Below are positions 36,852 to 46,100 of a stretch of DNA of 64,000 nt, one piece after another (within the stretch, counting starts at the first letter, position 1; the number at the start of each line of letters is the position of its first letter). The DNA is taken from positions 13,360 to 77,359 of the IMG/VR virus record IMGVR_UViG_3300042691_005581. One strand, written 5' to 3'. The notes under the pieces are model-generated. The model saw only the letters and a list, made by a program, of their open reading frames with translations, made no database searches and had not been told where the DNA came from. Position numbers and translations under genes: made by a program. This stretch comes from a virus.

Positions 36852-37406
36852 TTATAGTTCAGGTTGTGGCTCTTCCGGTACGATCTTCTTACCACTTGCA
36901 GTCATTGCAAATGTTTGATTGAATCCAGTGGGTGCTCCAAAGCCTGTTGATACATTATTTCCAAAACTGCTAGATGGTGTTGCTCCGAACGCTGGCCCTG
37001 CTCCGAATCCAGATGATACAGATCCAAATCCACCGGTGTTTGTTGAAGAAATAGTCTGAGCACCGAACGGTCCACTAATTGTTGTCGATGAACTTTTTGG
37101 TGCTCTATCCCATCCAGAATTTGCCGCCTTTAATGCTTCTTTCTGTGCTTCTTTGTCACCCGGACTGGCTAACATGATACCACTTAGTGTACCCGTCAAG
37201 AATGTAGCAATTGGGATGATCAGTTCAAAGAACTTTTGATCAATTGGACTAATGGCGTTAAGTGGTTGTGTAACAAATATTAAAGAATATAGTACAACAA
37301 ATACAATACCAAATAATGTTAACGATAGACAAATGCCGATGAAAAATTTCAATCGGGCCATTAATTCTTCTTCAGTATAAATGTGTTCAGGTTGGTTATT
37401 TTCCAC
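36852..37406 (-). CDS. Two-TM membrane protein with S/T/G/F-rich tail
   Basis: Two hydrophobic helices; probable GTG start after AAGGAG. Confidence 0.6.
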   Translation of the reverse strand: MENNQPEHIYTEEELMARLKFFIGICLSLTLFGIVFVVLYSLIFVTQPLNAISPIDQKFFELIIPIATFLTGTLSGIMLASPGDKEAQKEALKAANSGWDRAPKSSSTTISGPFGAQTISSTNTGGFGSVSSGFGAGPAFGATPSSSFGNNVSTGFGAPTGFNQTFAMTASGKKIVPEEPQPEL

Positions 37407-37686
37407 AACTAACTCCTTGTGTGTTGGGCGCCCCAGCAGCCGGAGCAGAAATTGTTTTAGTCGGTTCATCTTTTGGTGGTCCTAATCTCGGGTCACGTTG
37501 ACCTTTAAAAATATGTTCGGGACATGTGCGAGTTACGTCACACGTTGGTAACTTGCATATTTGCTTATCCCAGTTTTCTGGATTTTGACAAGGGTAACGA
37601 AAACTGTCACCATTGCTAAAATATGCTAACGCAAGAGGTGCTAATAGTAATACAAACACCCACTTGAGTAATTTTTTATCTTGCAT
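37396..37686 (-). CDS. Membrane-anchored Cys-rich periplasmic protein
   Basis: N-terminal TM; RYPCQNP.NW....C..P.C.....CPE. Confidence 0.65.
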   Translation of the reverse strand: MQDKKLLKWVFVLLLAPLALAYFSNGDSFRYPCQNPENWDKQICKLPTCDVTRTCPEHIFKGQRDPRLGPPKDEPTKTISAPAAGAPNTQGVSCGK

Positions 37687-37708
37687 TACTCGGCTCCTTT
37701 ATATACTA

Positions 37709-37981
37709 TTATTTAACGCTTTCAAAGATTTTTCTTTGCTTGTCATACCACTCGTTCCAGCCATCTACTTTATTAGCACACTCGTAGTATGCGCCATAGT
37801 TCTTAACTACGGTTTTAAGCAAGTCAGTAATAGACACTGCGTTACCAGTATTTTCTATTAGAGATAATTCTGGGCACTTTTCCTGTAGAGCAGGAACAGC
37901 ATCCGGAAAGTTTCTTTTAACTGGAGCAGTTATTGAACAACCCGCTAATAATGCAGCAAACGCTAGAATGATTATTTTCAT
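37709..37981 (-). CDS. o-spanin-like lipoprotein
   Basis: LLAGC lipobox; coupled to i-spanin candidate. Confidence 0.75.
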   Translation of the reverse strand: MKIIILAFAALLAGCSITAPVKRNFPDAVPALQEKCPELSLIENTGNAVSITDLLKTVVKNYGAYYECANKVDGWNEWYDKQRKIFESVK

Positions 37982-38511
37982 TTTCTAGGATCCTTTGCTG
38001 CTTTGTTTAGTATTGCAGCGTCATTGTGTACATTGATTAATTCTTTAGGAACTGGACAACTTTCAATATACTTTATAACTTCTTCTATGCGAACTCTTTC
38101 GGGCCCCTGTACTTCTTTGATAACTTCTTTGGTTTCTAATTTGTCAATATACTTTGTTATATATTCTGTTTTGCCTTTGATAAACTCTTTTTGTTTTACA
38201 ATTTTTTCTTGTATAACAACGTTTTCTTTCTTAGACTCAGCTTCTGCTGCTGCTACTTTGGCTTCTAATTCTTTGACTCGATCACGCCACATCATTTCTG
38301 TAGTGTAGCCACCCTTGAAATAAATTCCTGCAGTTAGCAATACAGCGCTGACAATTTGAATTATCGTTACATATTTTGACAGACTAGGAATTTTGTTTAA
38401 GATTTTGTGCAGTACAAAAAATGCCAAGATGAAACTAATAATCCCTGCAAATAACACTATGTTGACAATGTACATCAACAAGGTATCAGGTAAGAATGAC
38501 AGAAGCCACAT
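37978..38511 (-). CDS. i-spanin-like membrane protein
   Basis: N-terminal TMs, coiled coil, C-terminal Cys; follows endolysin. Confidence 0.7.
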   Translation of the reverse strand: MWLLSFLPDTLLMYIVNIVLFAGIISFILAFFVLHKILNKIPSLSKYVTIIQIVSAVLLTAGIYFKGGYTTEMMWRDRVKELEAKVAAAEAESKKENVVIQEKIVKQKEFIKGKTEYITKYIDKLETKEVIKEVQGPERVRIEEVIKYIESCPVPKELINVHNDAAILNKAAKDPRK

Positions 38512-38512
38512 A

Positions 38513-39148
38513 TTAATGACCTAGAACGTGTAATGCGTGATTATAATGTTTGATACGATCTTCCAACCCAATTGTACCACCATTGATACGCTTAGTTAGT
38601 GTAAGGATGTCGCCCTTGTCTGCCCATTGATTTAAGTTGTTAGCTTCCCAGAACCATGCGGCACTTTGTACACAACCTTCAAACGTTGTTAGATGTTCAC
38701 CAGCTTCTTCGACTGAGATTTCTAAACTTTGTGCATATCGTGTATAGTTGTCTTTTCCAGTTAGCTGGATAAGACCACGACCGCAATATCGAAAACCGTC
38801 TCCCGACGCTTCTGGACCATTGCCCATACGTCCACCGTAGACCTTATTGGCAATCATTTCTGGCTTGCCTGCATATTGGGCAGCAATAGCATCGTCGGGA
38901 AAATACTTAGGAAAAATCTTGCGTAATGTTACGGCACGATAGTTTAAGTTTTCTTTAATAGCACGATAACCACCTGACTCGTGTGCAGTCTGTGCTAAAA
39001 ATGCAGCAACACGTGGTGCTGTTTCGATATCGTAATCTGGAAGAATTTGGCATATTGCCTCATACCAGTGTTCTGCGTGTGGAGGATTTCCGCCCACACA
39101 CTCTTTAAACTTTGCCAATGTAAATTCAAATTTAAATCCGTTACTCAT
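38513..39148 (-). CDS. Glycoside hydrolase family 19 endolysin
   Basis: FLAQTAHESGG, ENLNY, GRGLIQLTGKDNY, SAAWFW, INGG..GLEDR. Confidence 0.92.
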   Translation of the reverse strand: MSNGFKFEFTLAKFKECVGGNPPHAEHWYEAICQILPDYDIETAPRVAAFLAQTAHESGGYRAIKENLNYRAVTLRKIFPKYFPDDAIAAQYAGKPEMIANKVYGGRMGNGPEASGDGFRYCGRGLIQLTGKDNYTRYAQSLEISVEEAGEHLTTFEGCVQSAAWFWEANNLNQWADKGDILTLTKRINGGTIGLEDRIKHYNHALHVLGH

Positions 39149-39170
39149 TTTTTATCCTTTTTAAATTTTT

Positions 39171-39947
39171 TTACCAACTGTCTTTTTCTATAATGATAGC
39201 AGTATCCCCGTTTCTAATTAAAAACTTATCTGCTATTTTTTCAATATCATAATTTCCCAAAAATTTAGTTAAGAACACTACCTGACTTTGGCTAGTTTCA
39301 TCTAAACTTATTTTTCCCTTGACCTTGTTTTTTATTTCTTCGTACGGTCCGATGGCTAATAATTTTGCATCAATTGGTCCAGAATAAGGTCTTGTAAACG
39401 TTAACATATTGCTTTCGCTAATAGCTACATCTACAGATCCTTGATCAAAGAAATTTGTAACTTTGTCTTGTTTTAGTGTTTGCATTTTACTAGTATACAA
39501 TTGTTCGTCTAATGGAATAAATTGCGATAAATTTTCTACAGTAGTTTCATACAAGTTAGAATCTTTAAAATATCTAAAACTCCAATCTTTACAATTAGCT
39601 AACTGTCCAATGCCGCTTAACATTTCTAAAATCTGTTTAGGAACTTCTGAAGTTCTTTCAAGTTCAACAAATACGCTGTATCGGCCATCTCGTTCTTCGC
39701 CGGTACTCATGTCAGCATCAAGAACAAACTTGTAGCCCTTTTCAATGAATTCCATTAAATCGATAGCAGGCATTTTTTCTTTTGTTTTGAATGACACTAC
39801 TACAACGTTTTTATCTTCACCCATCTTACTTTTAAATTGATCGATGGAGAGGATAGGGGAAATCATGTCCTGCAGATCTCCGGCCCGTAGTCCTTCAAAT
39901 AATTTAGGCTTGTGGCGGTGTTGCTGGTTGTTCTGCTGCGACTTCAT
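39171..39947 (-). CDS. Hypothetical phage protein
   Basis: Likely start MKSQQN; long ORF. Confidence 0.65.
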   Translation of the reverse strand: MKSQQNNQQHRHKPKLFEGLRAGDLQDMISPILSIDQFKSKMGEDKNVVVVSFKTKEKMPAIDLMEFIEKGYKFVLDADMSTGEERDGRYSVFVELERTSEVPKQILEMLSGIGQLANCKDWSFRYFKDSNLYETTVENLSQFIPLDEQLYTSKMQTLKQDKVTNFFDQGSVDVAISESNMLTFTRPYSGPIDAKLLAIGPYEEIKNKVKGKISLDETSQSQVVFLTKFLGNYDIEKIADKFLIRNGDTAIIIEKDSW

Positions 39948-40452
39948 CTGTCGGAATCTCCTGTGCTGCTGAATTTTCATCTAATCCCGTGTTGAGATTA
40001 TATCTCATCAAATCGGCGTTAGCTGCATTTTCTTTGTCAATATATCCTTGATAGATATCTTGCATTAATTTTTTAGGCATTGCTACGGTTACAATCCATA
40101 CTGGATGTGCGTCAATTTTACCCTTTTTAGTACCTGGTCTAAAATCATCAGGCGAATATATTTTTCTAGGAATTAACACATGATCTTTTTTGTAACCAAT
40201 TTTACATCCGTAATCAGTTAATCTTGCGCCACCTTCCGGATCTGGCATGTTTTCATAAGGCCACATAAATTTACAGGTTACTGTGTATCTGTCTACATCG
40301 GGACCTGTAACTAGTTCGCCGTCTTCCCAATTTTTAAAAACATAGACGTCTAGTTCGTCGATTACACGTTCAAAGTCTTTTAATACTTTAAACGCACTAT
40401 CGTTACTAGTTAAAGTTTCTAAATTTTTAATAACGTCGATAATGTCGTGCAT
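39904..40452 (-). CDS. Hypothetical phage protein
   Basis: 182-aa ORF; upstream TAAATA at 40473-40478. Confidence 0.65.
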   Translation of the reverse strand: MHDIIDVIKNLETLTSNDSAFKVLKDFERVIDELDVYVFKNWEDGELVTGPDVDRYTVTCKFMWPYENMPDPEGGARLTDYGCKIGYKKDHVLIPRKIYSPDDFRPGTKKGKIDAHPVWIVTVAMPKKLMQDIYQGYIDKENAANADLMRYNLNTGLDENSAAQEIPTDEVAAEQPATPPQA

Positions 40453-40585
40453 GGTTTTCTCTCTACTGCTATTATTTATGTCCTGTTAACACACTCTGCC
40501 CTAACTAAAAATACCGCATTTCAAGCCCGTTTTTTAGTCTCGGTCTTAAATATCTATGCAGGTCGTTCTATAAAGGGGTTAAAAA

Positions 40586-41341
40586 TTGCCTAGAGCACGA
40601 CGAAAAGAACGTGAACAACGTACAGAACGCGATCCGCGTTTCCAATCAACTGGAGCCAACTTGATCGAAATTAAACAATTTCAAAAAAGAAAGCCGCAAG
40701 TCCAGATAGTTCCGAGAAATCTCGCACAAGAGACGTATCTTGAACTACTTAAAAATCCTAAAAAGTTTATTATATTTGCCATCGGTCCAGCCGGCACGGG
40801 TAAAACCATGCTGGGCGTACAAATGGCCATTAAACTTTATCAAGAGGGAGTTATTAATAAAATTATTGTAACTCGACCGGCTGTGTCAGTTGATGAAGAA
40901 CACGGATTTTTACCAGGAGATTTGAATGCCAAAATGGCGCCTTGGACAAGGCCAATTATGGATGTATTTGAAGAATATTATCATCCGAAAGATATTACTG
41001 CCATGTTAGAAGATGGAGTGATAGAAATATCACCATTAGCTTATATGCGCGGCCGTACTTTTAAAAATGCTTTCATCGTTGCAGATGAAATGCAAAACAC
41101 TACACCCTCACAGATGAAAATGCTGTTGACACGTATCGGCAATGGTAGCCGAATGGTTGTTACAGGAGACCTTAATCAAGCCGATCGCCCTGATGCGAAC
41201 GGCCTGCTAGAATTTTGCAATTTATACGGCCAAGGAGGTGAGTATCGTATGATCGCTATGGCACATTTTGAGTCTCGAGACATTGAACGTCATCCAGTTG
41301 TTAAAGAAATTTTAAGTATCTACAAGGAGAGCGATGATTAA
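40586..41341 (+). CDS. phoH: PhoH-like ATPase
   Basis: GPAGTGKT, TRPAV, GFLPGD, YMRGRTF, DEMQN, TGD..QAD, RHP.V. Confidence 0.96.
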   Translation: MPRARRKEREQRTERDPRFQSTGANLIEIKQFQKRKPQVQIVPRNLAQETYLELLKNPKKFIIFAIGPAGTGKTMLGVQMAIKLYQEGVINKIIVTRPAVSVDEEHGFLPGDLNAKMAPWTRPIMDVFEEYYHPKDITAMLEDGVIEISPLAYMRGRTFKNAFIVADEMQNTTPSQMKMLLTRIGNGSRMVVTGDLNQADRPDANGLLEFCNLYGQGGEYRMIAMAHFESRDIERHPVVKEILSIYKESDD

Positions 41342-41365
41342 CTAGTATAGATAACTAACTCGTAG

Positions 41366-41414
41366 AAAACCGCGTAACAATCCCGACCTGCATCTGAAAT
41401 TGTTACGCGGTTTT
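41366..41414. terminator. Bidirectional 16-bp hairpin terminator between convergent phoH and clamp loader
   Basis: AAAACCGCGTAACAAT / ATTGTTACGCGGTTTT with 17-nt loop. Confidence 0.8.
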
Positions 41415-41424
41415 AGTTTGAGTG

Positions 41425-42348
41425 TTAATTTTGCAGCCTAGCCAGTTTGACTAAGGTTGCAGCCAGATTAATTTCTGGATCAGCAATTAACGAATGATCG
41501 ACTAGACCTTGCTTGATAATGAGCAATGCGCTGTCTTTCTTTTCTTCAGTATCACCAAACAAATTTAAATTGTCGTAGCACCAACGATAGATACTTTCCA
41601 TTTCGTCTGGCCTTGCTTTTCCGCATAACAATTTACGTGCTGCCTGAATATTACCTTGTTTAAAAAGCTCAACCATTTCGATCTTATAATCACTAACACC
41701 ACTGTCTTCCATGCGCGGATCATTTAACACACCGTTAATACTGTTAGATTGCAACATTTTGATGCAACTACGCAAATCTGGATAGGCTACCTTAACATAT
41801 GTATCGAGGCGATCTAAATCAAAATCGATACCCTCTTCAACTAAAATAGTTGCAGCTCGGGCAGTAAATTCAGTTTGATCAACACTGGCAAAATGCATCT
41901 GTTGCAATCGACTATGTAATGGCGGCAACACTCTGCTTGGTGTATTACAAGTTAGAATAAATCTAGCATATGCAGAATACTCTTCAATAATGCCTTTTAG
42001 CGAATCTTGAGCCTGCTGACTCAACCGATCTGCTTCGTCTAGAATAACAACCTTAAAAGGACCAAACGGTATCATTGAGATAAACGGAACAATCTTATCA
42101 CGAATGAAATCAATACCTGTTTCACGACTGGCGTTGACTTCTAAAACATCATAATCGGAAATTTCCAATTCGTTTACTAAAATCTTTGCCAGCGTAGTTT
42201 TACCAATACCCGGAGCACCGCTTAACAGCAGATGAGGAATAGTTCCTTCTTTAACCCATGCATTGATTTGTTTTCGATGAGCGTCATCTTTAAAAACATA
42301 ACCGTCTACTGTTTTAGGACGATATTTTTCTACCCATAATTCTTTCAT
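41425..42348 (-). CDS. Clamp loader ATPase (RFC small subunit/gp44-like)
   Basis: WVEKYRP, GAPGIGKTT, NAS, ILDEAD, FILTCN, SR. Confidence 0.93.
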   Translation of the reverse strand: MKELWVEKYRPKTVDGYVFKDDAHRKQINAWVKEGTIPHLLLSGAPGIGKTTLAKILVNELEISDYDVLEVNASRETGIDFIRDKIVPFISMIPFGPFKVVILDEADRLSQQAQDSLKGIIEEYSAYARFILTCNTPSRVLPPLHSRLQQMHFASVDQTEFTARAATILVEEGIDFDLDRLDTYVKVAYPDLRSCIKMLQSNSINGVLNDPRMEDSGVSDYKIEMVELFKQGNIQAARKLLCGKARPDEMESIYRWCYDNLNLFGDTEEKKDSALLIIKQGLVDHSLIADPEINLAATLVKLARLQN

Positions 42349-42596
42349 TTGTTAACCCTGCATATTTTCTTAATTTCAAAATGATTGTACAGTTGATCTG
42401 ATGCCTTTTCTATTGTGCATTTTACTGTACCTAAATCGTGAGTTGTAAATGCGCAATGTGTTGGAGTTGATTCTACAACGTCAATGCATTCCCTAACTAC
42501 TCTTTCAACTAAATTTTCTAAGTTATCGATACCCACCCATTTTCCGCTAATGTCTGTCTTAGTTGACTGTATTAGGTTGTTAATTTTTTCATTCAC
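42345..42596 (-). CDS. Hypothetical protein
   Basis: ATGA-coupled. Confidence 0.55.
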   Translation of the reverse strand: MNEKINNLIQSTKTDISGKWVGIDNLENLVERVVRECIDVVESTPTHCAFTTHDLGTVKCTIEKASDQLYNHFEIKKICRVNK

Positions 42597-43000
42597 TTTA
42601 ACGCTTCCATTGTTATAATTTTATCAATTTCTTTACCAAAATCTTGATCATTGGTAATAACATAAAGACCGGTACTGCTTCGATCCTTGTGGCGATCGTA
42701 TCGTCTAGTTTCTACAACTCTGCCACCATTAGCAACATAGACTGTAAATTGTAAGGCACGTTCTGGTTGATCAATGCTCGGAGGACCAACACTTAAAGAA
42801 CTAGATAACCGATTTATCGATATTGCTGTGTCCCGTTCTTTGTCTTGTCGTCTTGCATCTTCCCATACTTCACGACTCATTTTTGCAAACCAGCGTTTAA
42901 TAAATCCTGGTTTCTTAACTTTCTTCTTTTGTAGTGCAGATTCAATTCTGTGTTCTACAGTTGACTCTTCTACTGCATATGCTTGTCCATAATTATTCAT
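42593..43000 (-). CDS. Hypothetical protein
   Basis: ATGA-coupled. Confidence 0.6.
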   Translation of the reverse strand: MNNYGQAYAVEESTVEHRIESALQKKKVKKPGFIKRWFAKMSREVWEDARRQDKERDTAISINRLSSSLSVGPPSIDQPERALQFTVYVANGGRVVETRRYDRHKDRSSTGLYVITNDQDFGKEIDKIITMEALK

Positions 43001-43461
43001 TTTTTATTCCTTTCTGCTTCCGCTACACGTTTGCGTAGGCTTGACGAACTAAATGAATGATCTCGTCCGTTAAAGATAAGTTCAATTCCTCGCTTCTTGC
43101 AAATTTCTTTGCCTGTAAATTCTTTATCTGCGTACTCTACACCTAATATTCTAACATCAACAGGAAGAATAAGCAATAGATCCTCGAGGTCTTTTTCGGT
43201 TTGATATACAACAACTTCGTCCACATTACGATTTGTACTGACTTGAATTTGGCGTTCAACAATACTTTGAATAGGAGGATTTTTTGTATCCGGTCGATCA
43301 ATCGTTGGATCAGTTTGAATGGCTGCAATTAGATAATCACAATGATTCTTTGCTTCGGCTAACATTGCAATATGCCCTGCGTGTAACAGATCAAACGTGC
43401 TAAATGTTATACCTACTTTTAGTCCGTCTTCTTTAAGTTGTTTAATCTTGTTGAAGATCAT
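42997..43461 (-). CDS. Cytidylyltransferase (TagD-like)
   Basis: FDLLHAGH, R...SSS.LR. Confidence 0.88.
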   Translation of the reverse strand: MIFNKIKQLKEDGLKVGITFSTFDLLHAGHIAMLAEAKNHCDYLIAAIQTDPTIDRPDTKNPPIQSIVERQIQVSTNRNVDEVVVYQTEKDLEDLLLILPVDVRILGVEYADKEFTGKEICKKRGIELIFNGRDHSFSSSSLRKRVAEAERNKK

Positions 43462-43631
43462 ACCAGTTCCTCAACAATGCCTAGAATTTCTGCTAGAATA
43501 AGCAAAGCACCGCACACAACTAATGAACCCATAATAAGTGAGGCACCGGCGGCAATGCGAATAGCACTCTTAGCAAGGCTAACATAAAAATGTCCCTTGC
43601 TTGTATCTTTTGGTTGTACTTCAATTTCCAC
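43458..43631 (-). CDS. Small membrane protein (57 aa, not in ORF track)
   Basis: GTG start after AAAGGA; VEIEVQPKDTSKGHFYVSLAKSAIRI...AEILGIVEELV; ATGA-coupled downstream. Confidence 0.65.
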   Translation of the reverse strand: MEIEVQPKDTSKGHFYVSLAKSAIRIAAGASLIMGSLVVCGALLILAEILGIVEELV

Positions 43632-43773
43632 GTTTGAAAAATCCTTTTATTGTTTGAAATAGATTATAAAATCTAAAATGATAATTTGTCAGCATAGGAG
43701 GATGCATCGGGCATCGACCTTGTTTATAGTCACATTCTGTACTGTATTCTTTATTACATGTATTACATTTCAT
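43621..43773 (-). CDS. Small Cys/His protein (50 aa, not in ORF track)
   Basis: MKCNTC...C...GRCPMH; ATGA-coupled to upstream ORF. Confidence 0.55.
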   Translation of the reverse strand: MKCNTCNKEYSTECDYKQGRCPMHPPMLTNYHFRFYNLFQTIKGFFKRGN

Positions 43774-44042
43774 TCTTCATTCTCCGGTAGTATTAATTCC
43801 ACAATAACATCCTCTCCTGGAAACGTTGTCACGTGATATTCTGTTTCGCCTATCATATAGTACTCTGTAAAACTGTGCTGATTGTTAGTGGCCTTAAATG
43901 GTTCCATTAATGCTAACAGCAGCAGAACATGCTCTCTTTCTTTACCCTCCAGCTTTTTAGTAGGAGGACCCATAACACTTCTTAGGAATGCCTTAAGTCG
44001 CACTGGATCTTGCTGCAATTCTTCTAAAAAATCTTTATTCAT
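43770..44042 (-). CDS. Hypothetical protein
   Basis: Coupled ORF. Confidence 0.55.
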   Translation of the reverse strand: MNKDFLEELQQDPVRLKAFLRSVMGPPTKKLEGKEREHVLLLLALMEPFKATNNQHSFTEYYMIGETEYHVTTFPGEDVIVELILPENEE

Positions 44043-44274
44043 CCTTAAGGTATCTTAAAATCTTTTTTTGCTCTTGTTCTTTAAGCCACTCAGCTTCGGG
44101 GCTAAAAGTCGGGCAATCTTTAAGTAAATCGTCGAGCATCCATTTGACTTGATATAGGTCTTGCTTTATGCCCCATGCAACAAATCCGTCAGTCCGGCTA
44201 TTGCCGCATTCGTAAGCTGCTGCTCGAATTTCGTTTAATGCTCGAACTATGTCGTATGAATAATTATATCCCAT
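44035..44274 (-). CDS. Hypothetical protein (leaderless)
   Basis: Directly behind a perfect sigma70 promoter. Confidence 0.6.
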   Translation of the reverse strand: MGYNYSYDIVRALNEIRAAAYECGNSRTDGFVAWGIKQDLYQVKWMLDDLLKDCPTFSPEAEWLKEQEQKKILRYLKDE

Positions 44275-44279
44275 AGTAT

Positions 44280-44308
44280 ATTATAGTCGTAAAAAAAGGG
44301 TCTGTCAA
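44280..44308 (-). promoter_or_regulatory. Perfect sigma70 promoter TTGACA-17-TATAAT
   Basis: Exact consensus; -35 lies in the loop of the terminator hairpin. Confidence 0.85.
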
Positions 44309-44317
44309 GACCCTTTT
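44291..44317 (-). terminator. Rho-independent terminator
   Basis: AAAAGGGTCT-loop-AGACCCTTTT plus T-run, after BI-1 gene. Confidence 0.8.
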
Positions 44318-44334
44318 GTAGCAAGTGAATAATA

Positions 44335-45021
44335 TTAATCTTTCTTTTCGCCGAACAATTGCAATAGGCTTAAGAACAAATTAATGAAGTTTAGATACAG
44401 ACTCAATGCTCCGCGAACTTCAGCAACACCATCATTTTCAATCGAAACTTCTTGTCTAATTCTTTGTGTATCATAAGCAGTTAGGCCAAGGAATACTAAG
44501 ATAGCAATGGCTGAAATTACCATTTGAAATACTGTGCTACCAACAAAAATATTGATAACGCTGGCAATGATAATTGCAATTAATCCTACCAACAAGAGTG
44601 ATCCAAATTCACTTAGGTCCTTCTTTGTGAAGTATCCGTAGCCACTCATTACACCAAACAATACTGCTCCGCCCATAAACGCCGATACAATACTGCCCAT
44701 GTTGTAAATTACAAAGATTGTAGCAAAGCTCAATCCCATTAGTGCTGAAAAGATATACAAAAATACCTGAGAACCTGTTTTACCAAACTTTTCGCTGGCA
44801 ACACTAAATGCCAAGATTAACAAAAGAGGTGCAAAAATTACAACCCATTTCATAATGCCAGTAAAAAAGAAAGCCATCAGTGCTGCATTAGCACCAACTT
44901 GATAGCTAGTAAACATCGATATTAACACTGCAAGAGCCATATGTCCGTAGACTCGACCCATTGCAGAATTAACCTGCTCTGCGGTTCTATAGAAACTATT
45001 TTCATAAGTTGTTGTATTCAT
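44335..45021 (-). CDS. Bax inhibitor-1/YccA family membrane protein
   Basis: About 7 TM; VYGHM, TKKDLS, TAYDTQRI, ALSLYLNFINLF; start reassigned to MNTTT. Confidence 0.92.
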   Translation of the reverse strand: MNTTTYENSFYRTAEQVNSAMGRVYGHMALAVLISMFTSYQVGANAALMAFFFTGIMKWVVIFAPLLLILAFSVASEKFGKTGSQVFLYIFSALMGLSFATIFVIYNMGSIVSAFMGGAVLFGVMSGYGYFTKKDLSEFGSLLLVGLIAIIIASVINIFVGSTVFQMVISAIAILVFLGLTAYDTQRIRQEVSIENDGVAEVRGALSLYLNFINLFLSLLQLFGEKKD

Positions 45022-45025
45022 AATA

Positions 45026-45418
45026 TTACTCCTTAACAAATGGTTTGAGATCAGGCGGTGTCCAGCCCACAGGCTTGAGTACTTTGCCATCTTCACGCTT
45101 GCGTACCTTGCCTGTTTCTTTGTCGATCTTGGCAAAGTTAGTACGCATGACTTCTTTCCAGGCACCTTCTGCATCGTAGCCTGCTGAATGAATAGCACCG
45201 ATTGTGACCACAATGATATCAATTAGTGCATCGAGTGTTTCAACTGGATCTGCTTCTTTTACGCGGTTGTGATTGTCGTCGAGCCCTTGTGCTACTAACA
45301 ACTCCTTATATTCTTCCCTAATTAGGTCTAAATACATATCAAATTGTTTTTCGTCACCGGCGACACTCTGATCGCAAGCCCGCATAAATTTTTCTTGATC
45401 ACGAAATGGATTTGTCAT
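45026..45418 (-). CDS. MazG/PRA-PH-like nucleotide pyrophosphohydrolase
   Basis: LIREEYKEL, DALID, EVMRTNFAK, REDGKVLKP.GW.PP. Confidence 0.85.
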   Translation of the reverse strand: MTNPFRDQEKFMRACDQSVAGDEKQFDMYLDLIREEYKELLVAQGLDDNHNRVKEADPVETLDALIDIIVVTIGAIHSAGYDAEGAWKEVMRTNFAKIDKETGKVRKREDGKVLKPVGWTPPDLKPFVKE

Positions 45419-45419
45419 A

Positions 45420-45797
45420 TTAAGTTGGTGTTTGATTAGGCACGTTGAGATTAAATGTTCCGGGTGTTACTCGCATAGCATCATTGGGTTCATCGTCACT
45501 GACTAACAGTATAGCATCTAAATCTGCAAGCCGTATATCAAACGTTTCACCATTTTCGGATTCGTATTTGTGCCCGCGACTCCATCTACCGTGCTCTAAT
45601 AAAATCCACTGTCCTACATTTACTTCTCTTTGTTCGGGACCTGTGGCAAATACTTTGCCCCATCTGGGATGTATACCTGAACTTTTTGCGTCATCACTAG
45701 GTAAAACAATTCCACCAGCAGTCTTTTCCATACCGAAATTCATATGTGATATCAGTACTTTATTACCCAATGGGGTCAATTTACCTTTTACGGTCAT
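45420..45797 (-). CDS. groES: GroES-like co-chaperonin
   Basis: PLGNKVLI, TAGGIVLP mobile loop, G.V.A.GP, VG. Confidence 0.8.
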   Translation of the reverse strand: MTVKGKLTPLGNKVLISHMNFGMEKTAGGIVLPSDDAKSSGIHPRWGKVFATGPEQREVNVGQWILLEHGRWSRGHKYESENGETFDIRLADLDAILLVSDDEPNDAMRVTPGTFNLNVPNQTPT

Positions 45798-46099
45798 TTT
45801 GAATCCTTGATTTTTGGTTTGGTAACGTTTGTTGGAACTTCTTCTTGTTCCTTTAGTTGACGTCTTGAAGAAATTTTTACTTTGCCTAAAACTTCTTCAT
45901 CAACAATAGGATTTGGCGAAGTGTCGTAATATTCAGACAATACTGATTCGCGTGTTCTGATAATTCGTCCATCCGGACCTAACTCGTCGCCTCTTGCGTT
46001 AACTCTAACGTTACCTACAGCAGGCATAGTCTCATTTTGTTGGAGCAATCGATCCATGTCGATTTGTTTTCCTTGAAATGTTGTGTAAATTCTTCCCAT
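45794..46099 (-). CDS. Hypothetical protein
   Basis: AVGN.RVNARGDELG motif. Confidence 0.6.
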   Translation of the reverse strand: MGRIYTTFQGKQIDMDRLLQQNETMPAVGNVRVNARGDELGPDGRIIRTRESVLSEYYDTSPNPIVDEEVLGKVKISSRRQLKEQEEVPTNVTKPKIKDSK

Positions 46100-46100
46100 A

